DNA of 64,000 bases, taken from positions 128,001-192,000 of IMG/VR virus record IMGVR_UViG_3300035502_000313. One strand, given 5' to 3'. Under the pieces are notes generated by a model. That model searched no databases and was not told where the DNA came from. It saw only the letters and a program-made list of their open reading frames with translations. Both the position numbers and the translations under genes were made by a program. The stretch's first letter is position 1. Every line of letters begins with the position of its first letter. Positions 42,940 to 52,540 of this stretch are shown here, piece by piece. This DNA is from a virus. Its lineage: Duplodnaviria > Caudoviricetes.

Positions 42940-44148
42940 ATGATTAGACAAATCAGATATGATTTTTCTGACTTAGAAATGGCTTGTGCTGAAATCATTG
43001 ATACTGATGGACGAAAAGGTTTAGATAAACTCAAAAAAGAATTAAATTTATTCTTTAAAGATTCTACTTGTAAGAATATTGTATTTACACGTTCTGATAC
43101 ACTATTCTTTGGTATGTGTGTATATCCACAAGTTACTAAAGAATTAGTTATGGAGATTCTTCAAGATGAAAAAAAAGTAAGATTCAAGGAATATTCTATA
43201 GAGATTGATTCTAAAGTTCTTCATCCTTCATTAATGATTACTCCTCAAGAACTTCTTGCTATGCTTCTTCATGAAATTGGACATATTGTAAATGATTCCG
43301 CACCTGTAGATGAAGTAAGAAAAGTTATTGCACTTGACCTTACTAAGAAGGGTGATGCTTTAAATATACCTAAGACTGCTCAGTATTATACTATAATTAG
43401 TTATGGTATTAAAGATACTGTAAGAAGATTAACATCTATGTTCTTTGTATATAGAAATGGAGAGGTTCTTGCTGATGAGTTTGTTCATATGTGTGGATAC
43501 GGTGAACAACTTAATTCTATATTTGAAAAGATTTGTAAGTCTGGTATGAAAATTAATGATAAGTCTGTAAATAAACTTACATCTTTAGCATGGACTTTAT
43601 CTGTATATAAAGAAATAAAAATTAAGAGAATTCCTGCTATTAGACTTCTTGAAAAGATGCATAGTATTTCTGGTTCTCAATTTGAAAAACGTGAAATGGA
43701 AATCATGAAAAATGCTATTAGTACTATAGATGACAGTAATGTTCAAGAATGCTGTGATTATACTAATAGAGATCTATACTATATATTCAATGAAAATAAG
43801 ACAGAAGTTAAGCAAAGTAAATATGCTGAACTAAGAAAAGCTTCTGCTATAAAAAATATTCGTAAGTTTGAACAAGACTTATATGAATATAAAATGCGTA
43901 TACGTCATGTAGCAGATGAGGACGATGCATATTATCTAATGCGTATGGTTAATATGAGAATATCTGTTATAGAAGATTTTCTTGACCATGAACGTCTATC
44001 CGAGCAGGAACATAAACGTTGGTGGGGTCTACTTGAAAAGTATTACTCTTTAAGAGAAGAACTTGCTACTACAACTACATATAGATATGACTATAGTGAC
44101 AGTCTCATTGTTGTAAAGTATCCTGAGGTTAAACCTGGTCGTATGTAA
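42940..44148 (+). CDS. HExxH zinc-metallopeptidase-like virion protein
   Basis: ELLAMLLHEIGH and downstream EVLADEFV...GYG. Confidence 0.65.
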   Translation: MIRQIRYDFSDLEMACAEIIDTDGRKGLDKLKKELNLFFKDSTCKNIVFTRSDTLFFGMCVYPQVTKELVMEILQDEKKVRFKEYSIEIDSKVLHPSLMITPQELLAMLLHEIGHIVNDSAPVDEVRKVIALDLTKKGDALNIPKTAQYYTIISYGIKDTVRRLTSMFFVYRNGEVLADEFVHMCGYGEQLNSIFEKICKSGMKINDKSVNKLTSLAWTLSVYKEIKIKRIPAIRLLEKMHSISGSQFEKREMEIMKNAISTIDDSNVQECCDYTNRDLYYIFNENKTEVKQSKYAELRKASAIKNIRKFEQDLYEYKMRIRHVADEDDAYYLMRMVNMRISVIEDFLDHERLSEQEHKRWWGLLEKYYSLREELATTTTYRYDYSDSLIVVKYPEVKPGRM

Positions 44149-44213
44149 ACAAAAAAAAACAACCACGCTTACACGCAGCTGTTTTTGTGATGACACTGGT
44201 GTAAGAGCCAGTG

Positions 44214-44741
44214 TCATCTTTGTTGTTGCTCAAGTTGAGCAACTCTTGCCTTGAGCATTGCGTTTTCATTTGCAAGGTGATTAAAGCTTATAAACAAATT
44301 ATTATTGTTCATAGCATTAACATTGCTAACAAGATTGTTCACATAGGTTACTAGTTCATTTACATTATTAATCTGAACGCCATTAACGTTCCCATTAATA
44401 ATATCTGTTAGAATTTTCAAAGTATCAAGAGCATTAATTCCCTCAATGATTTTGTCACCAAGTTGAGTTTCATTCAGAAGTCCATACTTCTGAACAATCG
44501 CTGTCATAATCCCATTCATTCTAACATCTGAATCCATAACGATTGATTCGAAGTCTTTTTTGACTTTCTCTATGTCAGCCTTGACAATATTAGAATTTCC
44601 TGGATACTGACAGATATTCGGTACATTATTTAGTAAGTTCTTACACTCTTTATAGAGTTCAGAAACACTAAGACCGGAATCGATCAAATTACCCAATGTG
44701 TTAATAACACTTGCAAATTTTGCATATTTTTCATCTAACAT
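44214..44741 (-). CDS. hypothetical protein (early cassette)
   Basis: 175 aa, AAGGAG RBS, early-type promoter at about 44810-44825. Confidence 0.7.
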   Translation of the reverse strand: MLDEKYAKFASVINTLGNLIDSGLSVSELYKECKNLLNNVPNICQYPGNSNIVKADIEKVKKDFESIVMDSDVRMNGIMTAIVQKYGLLNETQLGDKIIEGINALDTLKILTDIINGNVNGVQINNVNELVTYVNNLVSNVNAMNNNNLFISFNHLANENAMLKARVAQLEQQQR

Positions 44742-44839
44742 AAAAATATCTCCTTTTCATATGTGTGAAAATAAATTTTGAGAGGACAATGGACTTGTCC
44801 TCTCTCTTACACCTATATTATATACAACTAATATATTTT

Positions 44840-45547
44840 TTAATCTAATAAAGAACCCTTGTTATTAGAACCATTAAAACTTCTACCTGAAGAACCAGAT
44901 GCTGTGCTTGTATCTGTTGCAGTCTGAATCTTATTATTGGTATTAACAGCATAATCTATTCTATTAGATGGCTCATATCTAAGCATCATAAATGATAATG
45001 CTGTATTCGCATATCCAATCATATCTAATTTAGATAGAGTATAATATAATCCATCAAAAGTATCTAATGATATCTGTACAGGTTCTGGATTATTTAAATA
45101 TAAATCTAAACATGGCTTATCTCCAAGTTCATTTTTAAATACGCCTGGAGCTATTCTTAATATCTTATCCATAGGTAATTTAATATAACTACTATCTTCA
45201 GATATAACCTGCAAGCTATTATCTAAATATCCGTATATATTGTTATTGCCTATACCAAACCATGTCTTTTTTGCATATTCAAACATACTTAACAATGTAA
45301 ACATATGCTCTGGATATATGCATATTTTTTCTGATTTACCACCTCTTCTATCATCTATAAAAAGATAATAACTTAATGTTCTTTTTATCATTGTATTACA
45401 TGTTTGATTATTATTGAGCTTGAATTCTGAACAATTAGAATAGGTTCTTCCATTAGTATTGATAGAAGCTACAGTTTTAAACATGAGTTTAATATCTTCA
45501 TTTATTGTATATATAACATCATGCATATACATATAATCACTTTGCAT
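44840..45547 (-). CDS. hypothetical protein
   Basis: 235 aa, GAGGTG RBS, AACT-N6-TA promoter. Confidence 0.7.
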   Translation of the reverse strand: MQSDYMYMHDVIYTINEDIKLMFKTVASINTNGRTYSNCSEFKLNNNQTCNTMIKRTLSYYLFIDDRRGGKSEKICIYPEHMFTLLSMFEYAKKTWFGIGNNNIYGYLDNSLQVISEDSSYIKLPMDKILRIAPGVFKNELGDKPCLDLYLNNPEPVQISLDTFDGLYYTLSKLDMIGYANTALSFMMLRYEPSNRIDYAVNTNNKIQTATDTSTASGSSGRSFNGSNNKGSLLD

Positions 45548-45585
45548 ATTCTCACCTCTTTAGTATGTAGTTTAGTCTGGTGTAA

Positions 45586-47139
45586 TTACCACCAGACTTT
45601 ATTTCCGTTTTTATCTATTCTTTCAAATGGCATTTTACCATGCTCTTTGAATCTCTTTTCCATAACATTGAAAGCTGTATTCTTCAATTGAGTTTTGTTA
45701 AATACAATTTCTTTTGTATCTAATGCATATTTATCATACATAGATAGTGATTGTTTATAATAATTTGTTATGGTTTTAACAGATGTGTCTACTACATCTA
45801 TATAGAATGAGTTATATGCTCTAGTTCTACCAAACCTCTGTTGATTTTGAGGTGGTGATTTTGTTGGTTCAGCCATATTAATGCAAACCATTAAATCTTT
45901 TATATCAAGACAAGCTCCAGCAGATTTAGATGTTGTTAATATGATTGTATTGTCTTTAGCACTATCTTTATCTGGATTGATAGAAGTATATACTCCTATA
46001 TCATTAGAATACTCTGAGTAGTTATATCTAATCCAATTATAGAAAAATACTACAGCATTGTTAGTAGCAAAGAAGAATAACTTCTTACCTGGAATAGCAC
46101 TAATCATATCCATAACTATTCTAGATATATAATCAAAGTTCTCTCTTAATATAACACTATCACAATACATAGTCTTACTAAATCCGTGCAAGTTATGACA
46201 TCTAGTAACATCATCGACTGTCATACCACTCTTATATAGTAATGCTATATAATGAGTATGAGGATCATTCTCTGTATCAAACAAATCCAACATAGGAACA
46301 CATTTGAAGTATTCTTGATATGCTCGGTTTTGTTCATCATCTCCTCTACACGGAGTAGCTGTTAAATAAAGTGTCTTATATACAGGACTAGCATAATCAA
46401 GATTCCATATATTCTCAAAATTCAAATGAGCTTCATCTATAATCTTTAGTCCTATACCTAACTTTCTAAACATAATATCAATACTTTCCCAGCCATTCTT
46501 TTTAGCATAAGTTGCGATTGTATCATGTGTTATCATAAATATCTTACAGTTATCATATTTATTATCAGAAGTTAGGATACTTATTATACCACTAGAACCT
46601 GATATAAATTTTATCTCAGACGATACTATATTAGTATGCTCCAATATGCTGTCCTTCCATTGATTCAACCAACCAACATTAGATGTTATAATGATAGTCT
46701 TTACATTTAATAGTGCAGTATATACAAGTCCTAAATAAGTTTTTCCTGCACCTGTATTCAATGCCAAGAATAACTGATTATATTTCTTTGTATATTTATA
46801 TTCTCCATTACCAGATAAGAACTTCAATGCTAATGCTTGTTTCTCATCCTTTGGTGGATATTTGATTAGAATTTGGTTAGAATTATGCTTTGGTTTTATA
46901 TAACAACCATTCTCATAGAATACATTATAACCTGCAATGTTTTCTATTTTGCTTATACTCATTCCTCTAGGAATAGTATAAGTCTTGTTTATTCTATCAT
47001 ACATAGCACCTACTGTTTTAAACATGAACATATTCTTATCATAGATATCGAATATTGATTCTAATGCTGGGATATCTCCAGGTGTATAGTTATTAATAAC
47101 TATTTTGTTATGATAGACAACAATCTTTCTGTTATCCAT
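45586..47139 (-). CDS. SF2 DEAH helicase (UvsW/phiKZ gp75-like)
   Basis: TGAGKT, IIDEAH, LTATP, QRFGR; downstream of nvRNAP beta'C as in phiKZ gp74-gp75. Confidence 0.9.
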   Translation of the reverse strand: MDNRKIVVYHNKIVINNYTPGDIPALESIFDIYDKNMFMFKTVGAMYDRINKTYTIPRGMSISKIENIAGYNVFYENGCYIKPKHNSNQILIKYPPKDEKQALALKFLSGNGEYKYTKKYNQLFLALNTGAGKTYLGLVYTALLNVKTIIITSNVGWLNQWKDSILEHTNIVSSEIKFISGSSGIISILTSDNKYDNCKIFMITHDTIATYAKKNGWESIDIMFRKLGIGLKIIDEAHLNFENIWNLDYASPVYKTLYLTATPCRGDDEQNRAYQEYFKCVPMLDLFDTENDPHTHYIALLYKSGMTVDDVTRCHNLHGFSKTMYCDSVILRENFDYISRIVMDMISAIPGKKLFFFATNNAVVFFYNWIRYNYSEYSNDIGVYTSINPDKDSAKDNTIILTTSKSAGACLDIKDLMVCINMAEPTKSPPQNQQRFGRTRAYNSFYIDVVDTSVKTITNYYKQSLSMYDKYALDTKEIVFNKTQLKNTAFNVMEKRFKEHGKMPFERIDKNGNKVWW

Positions 47140-47198
47140 TTCTATCACCTCCGAAATTAATGAGAACCACCTTTATATGGTGGTTCTCGATTTTTATA

Positions 47199-49424
47199 TT
47201 AACCCATGAACTTAAATAACTTATCTGTATTAGATTCAGATTCAGTAAGAGGCTCTTCTGATAAGAACTTCTGAGGCTGTACCATATACAATAAATCATA
47301 TGCGGAAGGCTCATGTTTCTTGAATGATAAAGGAGAATAAAGCATTCTTGCAATATCCTCTGACTGAAGTGATATACTAATATTTGGATGAGTACTGATA
47401 GCCTTTTTAAGAGTAAGAATCTGATAATTAGTTTGTTCAGGAACAGACCAATCAGGCATACTAATAATATCATCTCCAGAACGAATCTGATTCATAATAA
47501 TGATTTCAAGATGAACACTCATTATATTATCAAGTCCAATGTTATTAAGTTTATTACTAAGAGTTTCAAGGAATGTCTCAGCAGTATAACTATCTGTATT
47601 AGCCTTAAGGTTAATAACTTTAATTACAGATTCAAGTCTTTCACTCATATCATCATTATGAATAGAACCAATTGTAAATAAAGGATTATTATCACCAATA
47701 AGAGCAGATACTGGAAGAATAATATCTTCATCAATATCATTAAGATTCTTTAACTTGATATATTCTGTAAGCCAATCACTAAGATAGAAATTATCAACAT
47801 TAGAAGTTTTGATTGGATATTCTTCTCCAGTTGAGTCATTTCTCAGATAGAATATATTGATATACTTCATTGTATCTTCGAAGCTTGTATCAATATCATC
47901 ATCATTCTCGTCATTCTCAAGAGATGCAAGAATCTCTTCTTGAATATCTCCATCTCTAATAACAAGTTTCCATTTCTTTACATCTTCAAATTCTGGATTA
48001 ATAAATATTGTTCCTTCATCAACCATGATAAACTCAGAAATCTTTTCTTCAGATAAACATGAAGTATCAAAAGTAACACTATTAATTTTAGCTTCAAGAA
48101 GATGTTTAGCAGACAACATCATCTGTGTCAATGGTTCTGTAAGGTTAGTTACACTATATACTCCAATCTTTACAGCTGGAACAATACTATATAATTCTCC
48201 CATACATTTACGACAAATACCAAGTCCCATTGCTGCTGACTTACACTTAATAGGACTTCTAAGATAAATCTCTTTTCCAATAAGGTCAGAGTTATCTCTC
48301 ATAGCTTGATATACATTGCTGATTCTTTTTTCCATTCCAAAAGGATTAAGACGATAATATCTATCAGCAATTTTCTTAAGTGCAGTTTCATCACTTACCT
48401 TATATTTAAGAAAGTTTCTTGTACCACAATCATAAGAAGGATCAAGTTTATTTGTATACGGAATAGTATACTTATTCGTCTGAGAACAGTTCAATGTCAT
48501 TATTCGAGAGAACTGTCCTGAACGAGCAGTATTTTTCTTTGAAAGAATCTGTGCAATACGTGCAATCAGAGACTCAAGAATATGAAATGCAACATTATTT
48601 GCACCTCCATTAATATAATTGGTATTAACTACATATGGGAAGATACCTCCTTCACCATTTGGTTTAACACCAATATTAGTATACATTTCACGAGCCTGTT
48701 TAGGTTTGATACCTTCTTTAGCACGGAATGCATCTGACAAACAATGGTCACGACCAATATACTGTTTAGCATTAACGATATAATCTACAAGTCTATTCAT
48801 ATCATTAAGTGCTTCAGCATTCATTTGTTCTACTGGGAACTGAGAATAATAGTTAGTTTTGTGTCTATCCATTATCTCTTTGAATCCAGGACAATTGTTA
48901 TACATAAGAATAAAGTCCTCATTATTGATACTATTATTGAAGAACCATGCAAATTGGTCAACAAACTTAAGGTTTCTCAAAGTATCATAGATAACTCTAT
49001 TAAGGTTATGAATGATCATAACATCATTGTTCTTACCACATTCCTCTCTTACAGGAATAATAGCAAACTTATCAATGTACTCCTTAATATAACCATTAGT
49101 AATACCGTCCTTATTAAAGAAGACATGATAAGGTTTAATTTTCTGCTTGGTTTTTATTATAAAACCCCAAACGATAATGTTTGTTAAGGCATATGCAAGA
49201 GGAAGCCTTACACTCATTCCGTTGTCAAAAACGAATTCGATTTTTGTATTCTGAACTGATGTTATCTCAATATAGTCCAGAAATACATCTTTAAGATTGT
49301 TTGTATAGTCATCAATGGTTTCTTCAGTGATGTCTGATACATTGATACTAATAGGTTTACCGTATACCACTGGTGTAAAGATACCATAATCGTATACAGT
49401 TGTTTCAGGTGAGTTATTATTCAT
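47199..49424 (-). CDS. RNA polymerase beta' C-terminal subunit (non-virion RNAP, phiKZ gp74/AR9 gp154-like)
   Basis: Bridge helix KNTARSGQFSR, RSPIKC...ICRKCMG Zn site, trigger loop EPLTQMMLSAKH, SVHLEIII; early-type promoter. Confidence 0.9.
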   Translation of the reverse strand: MNNNSPETTVYDYGIFTPVVYGKPISINVSDITEETIDDYTNNLKDVFLDYIEITSVQNTKIEFVFDNGMSVRLPLAYALTNIIVWGFIIKTKQKIKPYHVFFNKDGITNGYIKEYIDKFAIIPVREECGKNNDVMIIHNLNRVIYDTLRNLKFVDQFAWFFNNSINNEDFILMYNNCPGFKEIMDRHKTNYYSQFPVEQMNAEALNDMNRLVDYIVNAKQYIGRDHCLSDAFRAKEGIKPKQAREMYTNIGVKPNGEGGIFPYVVNTNYINGGANNVAFHILESLIARIAQILSKKNTARSGQFSRIMTLNCSQTNKYTIPYTNKLDPSYDCGTRNFLKYKVSDETALKKIADRYYRLNPFGMEKRISNVYQAMRDNSDLIGKEIYLRSPIKCKSAAMGLGICRKCMGELYSIVPAVKIGVYSVTNLTEPLTQMMLSAKHLLEAKINSVTFDTSCLSEEKISEFIMVDEGTIFINPEFEDVKKWKLVIRDGDIQEEILASLENDENDDDIDTSFEDTMKYINIFYLRNDSTGEEYPIKTSNVDNFYLSDWLTEYIKLKNLNDIDEDIILPVSALIGDNNPLFTIGSIHNDDMSERLESVIKVINLKANTDSYTAETFLETLSNKLNNIGLDNIMSVHLEIIIMNQIRSGDDIISMPDWSVPEQTNYQILTLKKAISTHPNISISLQSEDIARMLYSPLSFKKHEPSAYDLLYMVQPQKFLSEEPLTESESNTDKLFKFMG

Positions 49425-49508
49425 TTTATATACCTCCTAGATATACATAGATTATTTGATAGTTTTTGAATATGTCATTTCCTATCATATCTATAATATA
49501 TCAATAAG

Positions 49509-49585
49509 AAAAAAGTTGAGCAGTAGCCGAAGCCACTGCTCTGCTCAAGAAAGGAATGTACTCTATAGTAGAAGAAATCTACTTT
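49509..49585 (-). ncRNA. putative late small RNA (or structured 3' UTR) with anti-SD
   Basis: AACA-N6-TA at 49585-49596, 5' hairpin, CATTCCTTTCTT, terminator GAGCAGTGGC-TTCG-GCTACTGCTC. Confidence 0.35.
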
Positions 49586-49600
49586 ACATATATGTTATAA

Positions 49601-50059
49601 TTAGTGTCTTGTTTTACCCATTTCTTTAGGCTGGAGCTTAGGTGTAGAAACAGCCTTAGCACCCTGACCAGAAACATACATACGCTGACCCTTACGAGCA
49701 GCAACCTGTGCCTTACTAGCATACTTCTTCTTGATAGCAGCTAAAAGCTTACGTTCCTGAATACGATTCTTAACCAACTTCTTCCAAAGAGTGTCGTTGT
49801 TGTCCTTAGCAAGCTGTAAAGCAGCCATACCTGTACGACGTGTAAGATCATCATTCTTATTAAGTCTTACAATTGTCTTTCTGCTAATCTTCTTAGCTTC
49901 CATAAGAACATCTGCCTGCTCAAGAAGTTCACGCTTGTCGGCATCAGAATCAGAATAATGATCATCATAGAAGAAAGCTTCCTGAAGCTCATCCATATTT
50001 AGATTCATTGTAATTTCCTGAGAATCAGCTATTGCTTGTGCGTTTGTATAAAGTCCCAT
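49601..50059 (-). CDS. basic virion protein with acidic propeptide
   Basis: Strong codon bias, VLMEA site then Lys/Arg-rich body, late promoter 50144. Confidence 0.55.
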   Translation of the reverse strand: MGLYTNAQAIADSQEITMNLNMDELQEAFFYDDHYSDSDADKRELLEQADVLMEAKKISRKTIVRLNKNDDLTRRTGMAALQLAKDNNDTLWKKLVKNRIQERKLLAAIKKKYASKAQVAARKGQRMYVSGQGAKAVSTPKLQPKEMGKTRH

Positions 50060-50239
50060 TTCGGATATCCTCCTTTATAAAATATGTATTTATTAATTGC
50101 AATTAAAAGAAATGTATGATATATCATACTAATCAGTCTTTTTTATATTATTGTTCTGTTTTTAAAGAGTGAATAACAATTTGATAATAGATTACTGATT
50201 TAACGTAATAAGTAATCTGAGAATAGGAGGAAATATAAA

Positions 50240-52336
50240 ATGGATATTACGCAGATAGTCAACAGCAAGACAACGGACATTTATAAAAAAGAAATGATTG
50301 ATGCTCTTAAGCTTTCATTTCCAGGACTCACAGAGAAGGATATCAAAGAAGCTATAGATTATTCTATTATTAAACGTGGTTCTGATAGTAAGGCAGTACT
50401 CGATAATAACTATACGAAGACAAAAGAGAATAGAACTTTGTTTGAGGTTACAGATTATATAATTCAGAGAGAACCAATTATAACTGTATCTGGAGTTATG
50501 TTTAGAAGACATGGTTATTGTCCTAATCCGTTTGTTATGCTTATTCAGGAGTTTCTTAAACAAAGAGGTATTTATAAAGATACTATGTTTAAGTATCCTA
50601 AGGGTTCTGAAGAATTTGAAAAGTATAACATTCTTCAGCTTTCCGAGAAAGTATCAGGCAATGCAATGTATGGTGCTTCTGGTAATCATACAAGTATATT
50701 CTATAATCTTTATGTTGCACAAAGTATTACTATGCAGGGAAGAAGTTGTATTGCATCAGCAATTATGTTATTTGAAGCTACAATGGCAAATAATGTAAAG
50801 TTCTGTGGTCTTAATGAGGTAATTACATTCATCAATAATGTAAGAAGAGAATCAATCATTAATTATCCTGATGAAGTGATTATTGATAAAGATAAGTATG
50901 TAAGTGTAGAAGAATGTTTCTTTAAGATTATTTATAGTAGTGGATTTTATTGGATTCCTACTGAAAAAGAAATGACTCTTATTTGGGATATTCTTAATCA
51001 GTGCAATCAGCATGAACTAAATAAATTATTCTATAAGAATAATTTATTCTGGTTTGTAGATAATAGTGTAGTTATGAATAAGATTATATCTATTCTTTCT
51101 ACATTAGATGTGCCATTTATTGACCCTAATCATCCACCAAAGTGTATAGAAGACTCGGTAAATGAATTATATGATATGATATATGAATGGGTGTATTATG
51201 ATAAACAATATATGGATAGAATAGATAGAACAGAGAATATGTATCGTTGTGTTTCTATGCTTACTGATACAGATAGTTGTTTTATATCATTTGATGGATG
51301 GTATCGTTATATTCTTGATAAGACATTTAATATTCCTATGAAGATTAAAGAGATTGAGATTGATGAGAAAACTGGTAATGTAGATAAAGCATTCGATGTA
51401 GCATATGATTATGATTTCTATACAGATGAAATTATCGAATCTCAGAATATTATTCGTCCAGACGTTGTATCTCCTCAGGTAGGATTCAGATGTAGTATTA
51501 TTAATATTCTCGCAAGTATTATGGGTAGACTTGCTATAGATTATATGGGTAAATATTCTGATAATTCAAATACAACTAAATGTGAAGATGGTTCTAGACG
51601 TAAGAGTTTCTTTATATTAAAGAATGAATTCCAACTTAAACGTGCTCTCATCACAGATGGAAAAAAGAATTACTGTGCATATCAAGAACGTCAAGAGTCT
51701 AATATCATTCCTAGAGAAAAAGCATTAGCTATTACAGGTATGCCGATTAAAAAGGTTGGTGTTCCAGAATCTACTAAAGTAAGACTTCAGAAGATTCTTC
51801 TTGAACAAATACTTGATAATCCTGGAGAAATATCTCAGGTAGAAATAGTTAAACAACTTGCAATTCTTGAGAAACAGATTATAGAAGCTATTCATAATGG
51901 TAGTAAAGAATACTTTAAACCAGAAAGAATAAAAGCATTAGATGCATATGATAATCCTATGAGAGAATCTGGTGTAAAAGCTGCTGTAGCATTTAACTTT
52001 CTTAAAGACGATGATATGGAACCTATAGACCTTAATACAAGAAATAGTATTCTTAATATAAAGATAGATATTAATAATAAGAATATTGATGATCTTAGAG
52101 AAAGTCGTCCAGATGTATATGCTAAGGTTGTTGAACTTATGAAAAGAAAAGAATATGCTAAAGGAATCACTGGAATTGCAATTCTTGATGATATGCAAGT
52201 TCCTGAATGGATAAAAGATTATATTGACTATACTACAATAGTAAATGATAATCTTCATACATTCCCATGTGAAGCTATTGGTATAGATAGAAGAGAGAAT
52301 GATAATATAAACTTTACAAATATTTTGAGATTTTAA
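50240..52336 (+). CDS. family B DNA polymerase, C-terminal subunit
   Basis: EKVSGNAMYG (motif B), ITMQGR, TDTDS (motif C), KKNY. Confidence 0.9.
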   Translation: MDITQIVNSKTTDIYKKEMIDALKLSFPGLTEKDIKEAIDYSIIKRGSDSKAVLDNNYTKTKENRTLFEVTDYIIQREPIITVSGVMFRRHGYCPNPFVMLIQEFLKQRGIYKDTMFKYPKGSEEFEKYNILQLSEKVSGNAMYGASGNHTSIFYNLYVAQSITMQGRSCIASAIMLFEATMANNVKFCGLNEVITFINNVRRESIINYPDEVIIDKDKYVSVEECFFKIIYSSGFYWIPTEKEMTLIWDILNQCNQHELNKLFYKNNLFWFVDNSVVMNKIISILSTLDVPFIDPNHPPKCIEDSVNELYDMIYEWVYYDKQYMDRIDRTENMYRCVSMLTDTDSCFISFDGWYRYILDKTFNIPMKIKEIEIDEKTGNVDKAFDVAYDYDFYTDEIIESQNIIRPDVVSPQVGFRCSIINILASIMGRLAIDYMGKYSDNSNTTKCEDGSRRKSFFILKNEFQLKRALITDGKKNYCAYQERQESNIIPREKALAITGMPIKKVGVPESTKVRLQKILLEQILDNPGEISQVEIVKQLAILEKQIIEAIHNGSKEYFKPERIKALDAYDNPMRESGVKAAVAFNFLKDDDMEPIDLNTRNSILNIKIDINNKNIDDLRESRPDVYAKVVELMKRKEYAKGITGIAILDDMQVPEWIKDYIDYTTIVNDNLHTFPCEAIGIDRRENDNINFTNILRF

Positions 52337-52372
52337 CAAAAAAAGAAGTGGATGTAAAGTCCACTTCTTTTT
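52337..52372. terminator. bidirectional terminator
   Basis: AAAAGAAGTGGA-TGTAAAG-TCCACTTCTTTT. Confidence 0.85.
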
Positions 52373-52540
52373 CTTTATTATTTGAGGGTTTAAGGAGTGC
52401 CCTCAACTCCTTTATTTTCCCGAATTCTAACTCACTTATATTATATATATATCTAATTATTATGACTTTTACAAATACACAGTATAATCTTTCTACTTCA
52501 ACATACTTATAAACTAAGGTTTGAAAGGAGGAGTCTGTAT

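Noticed and set aside
44840-45547. Possible PC4-like ssDNA-binding repeat protein
   Set aside because: Only a vague secondary-structure impression; left as hypothetical
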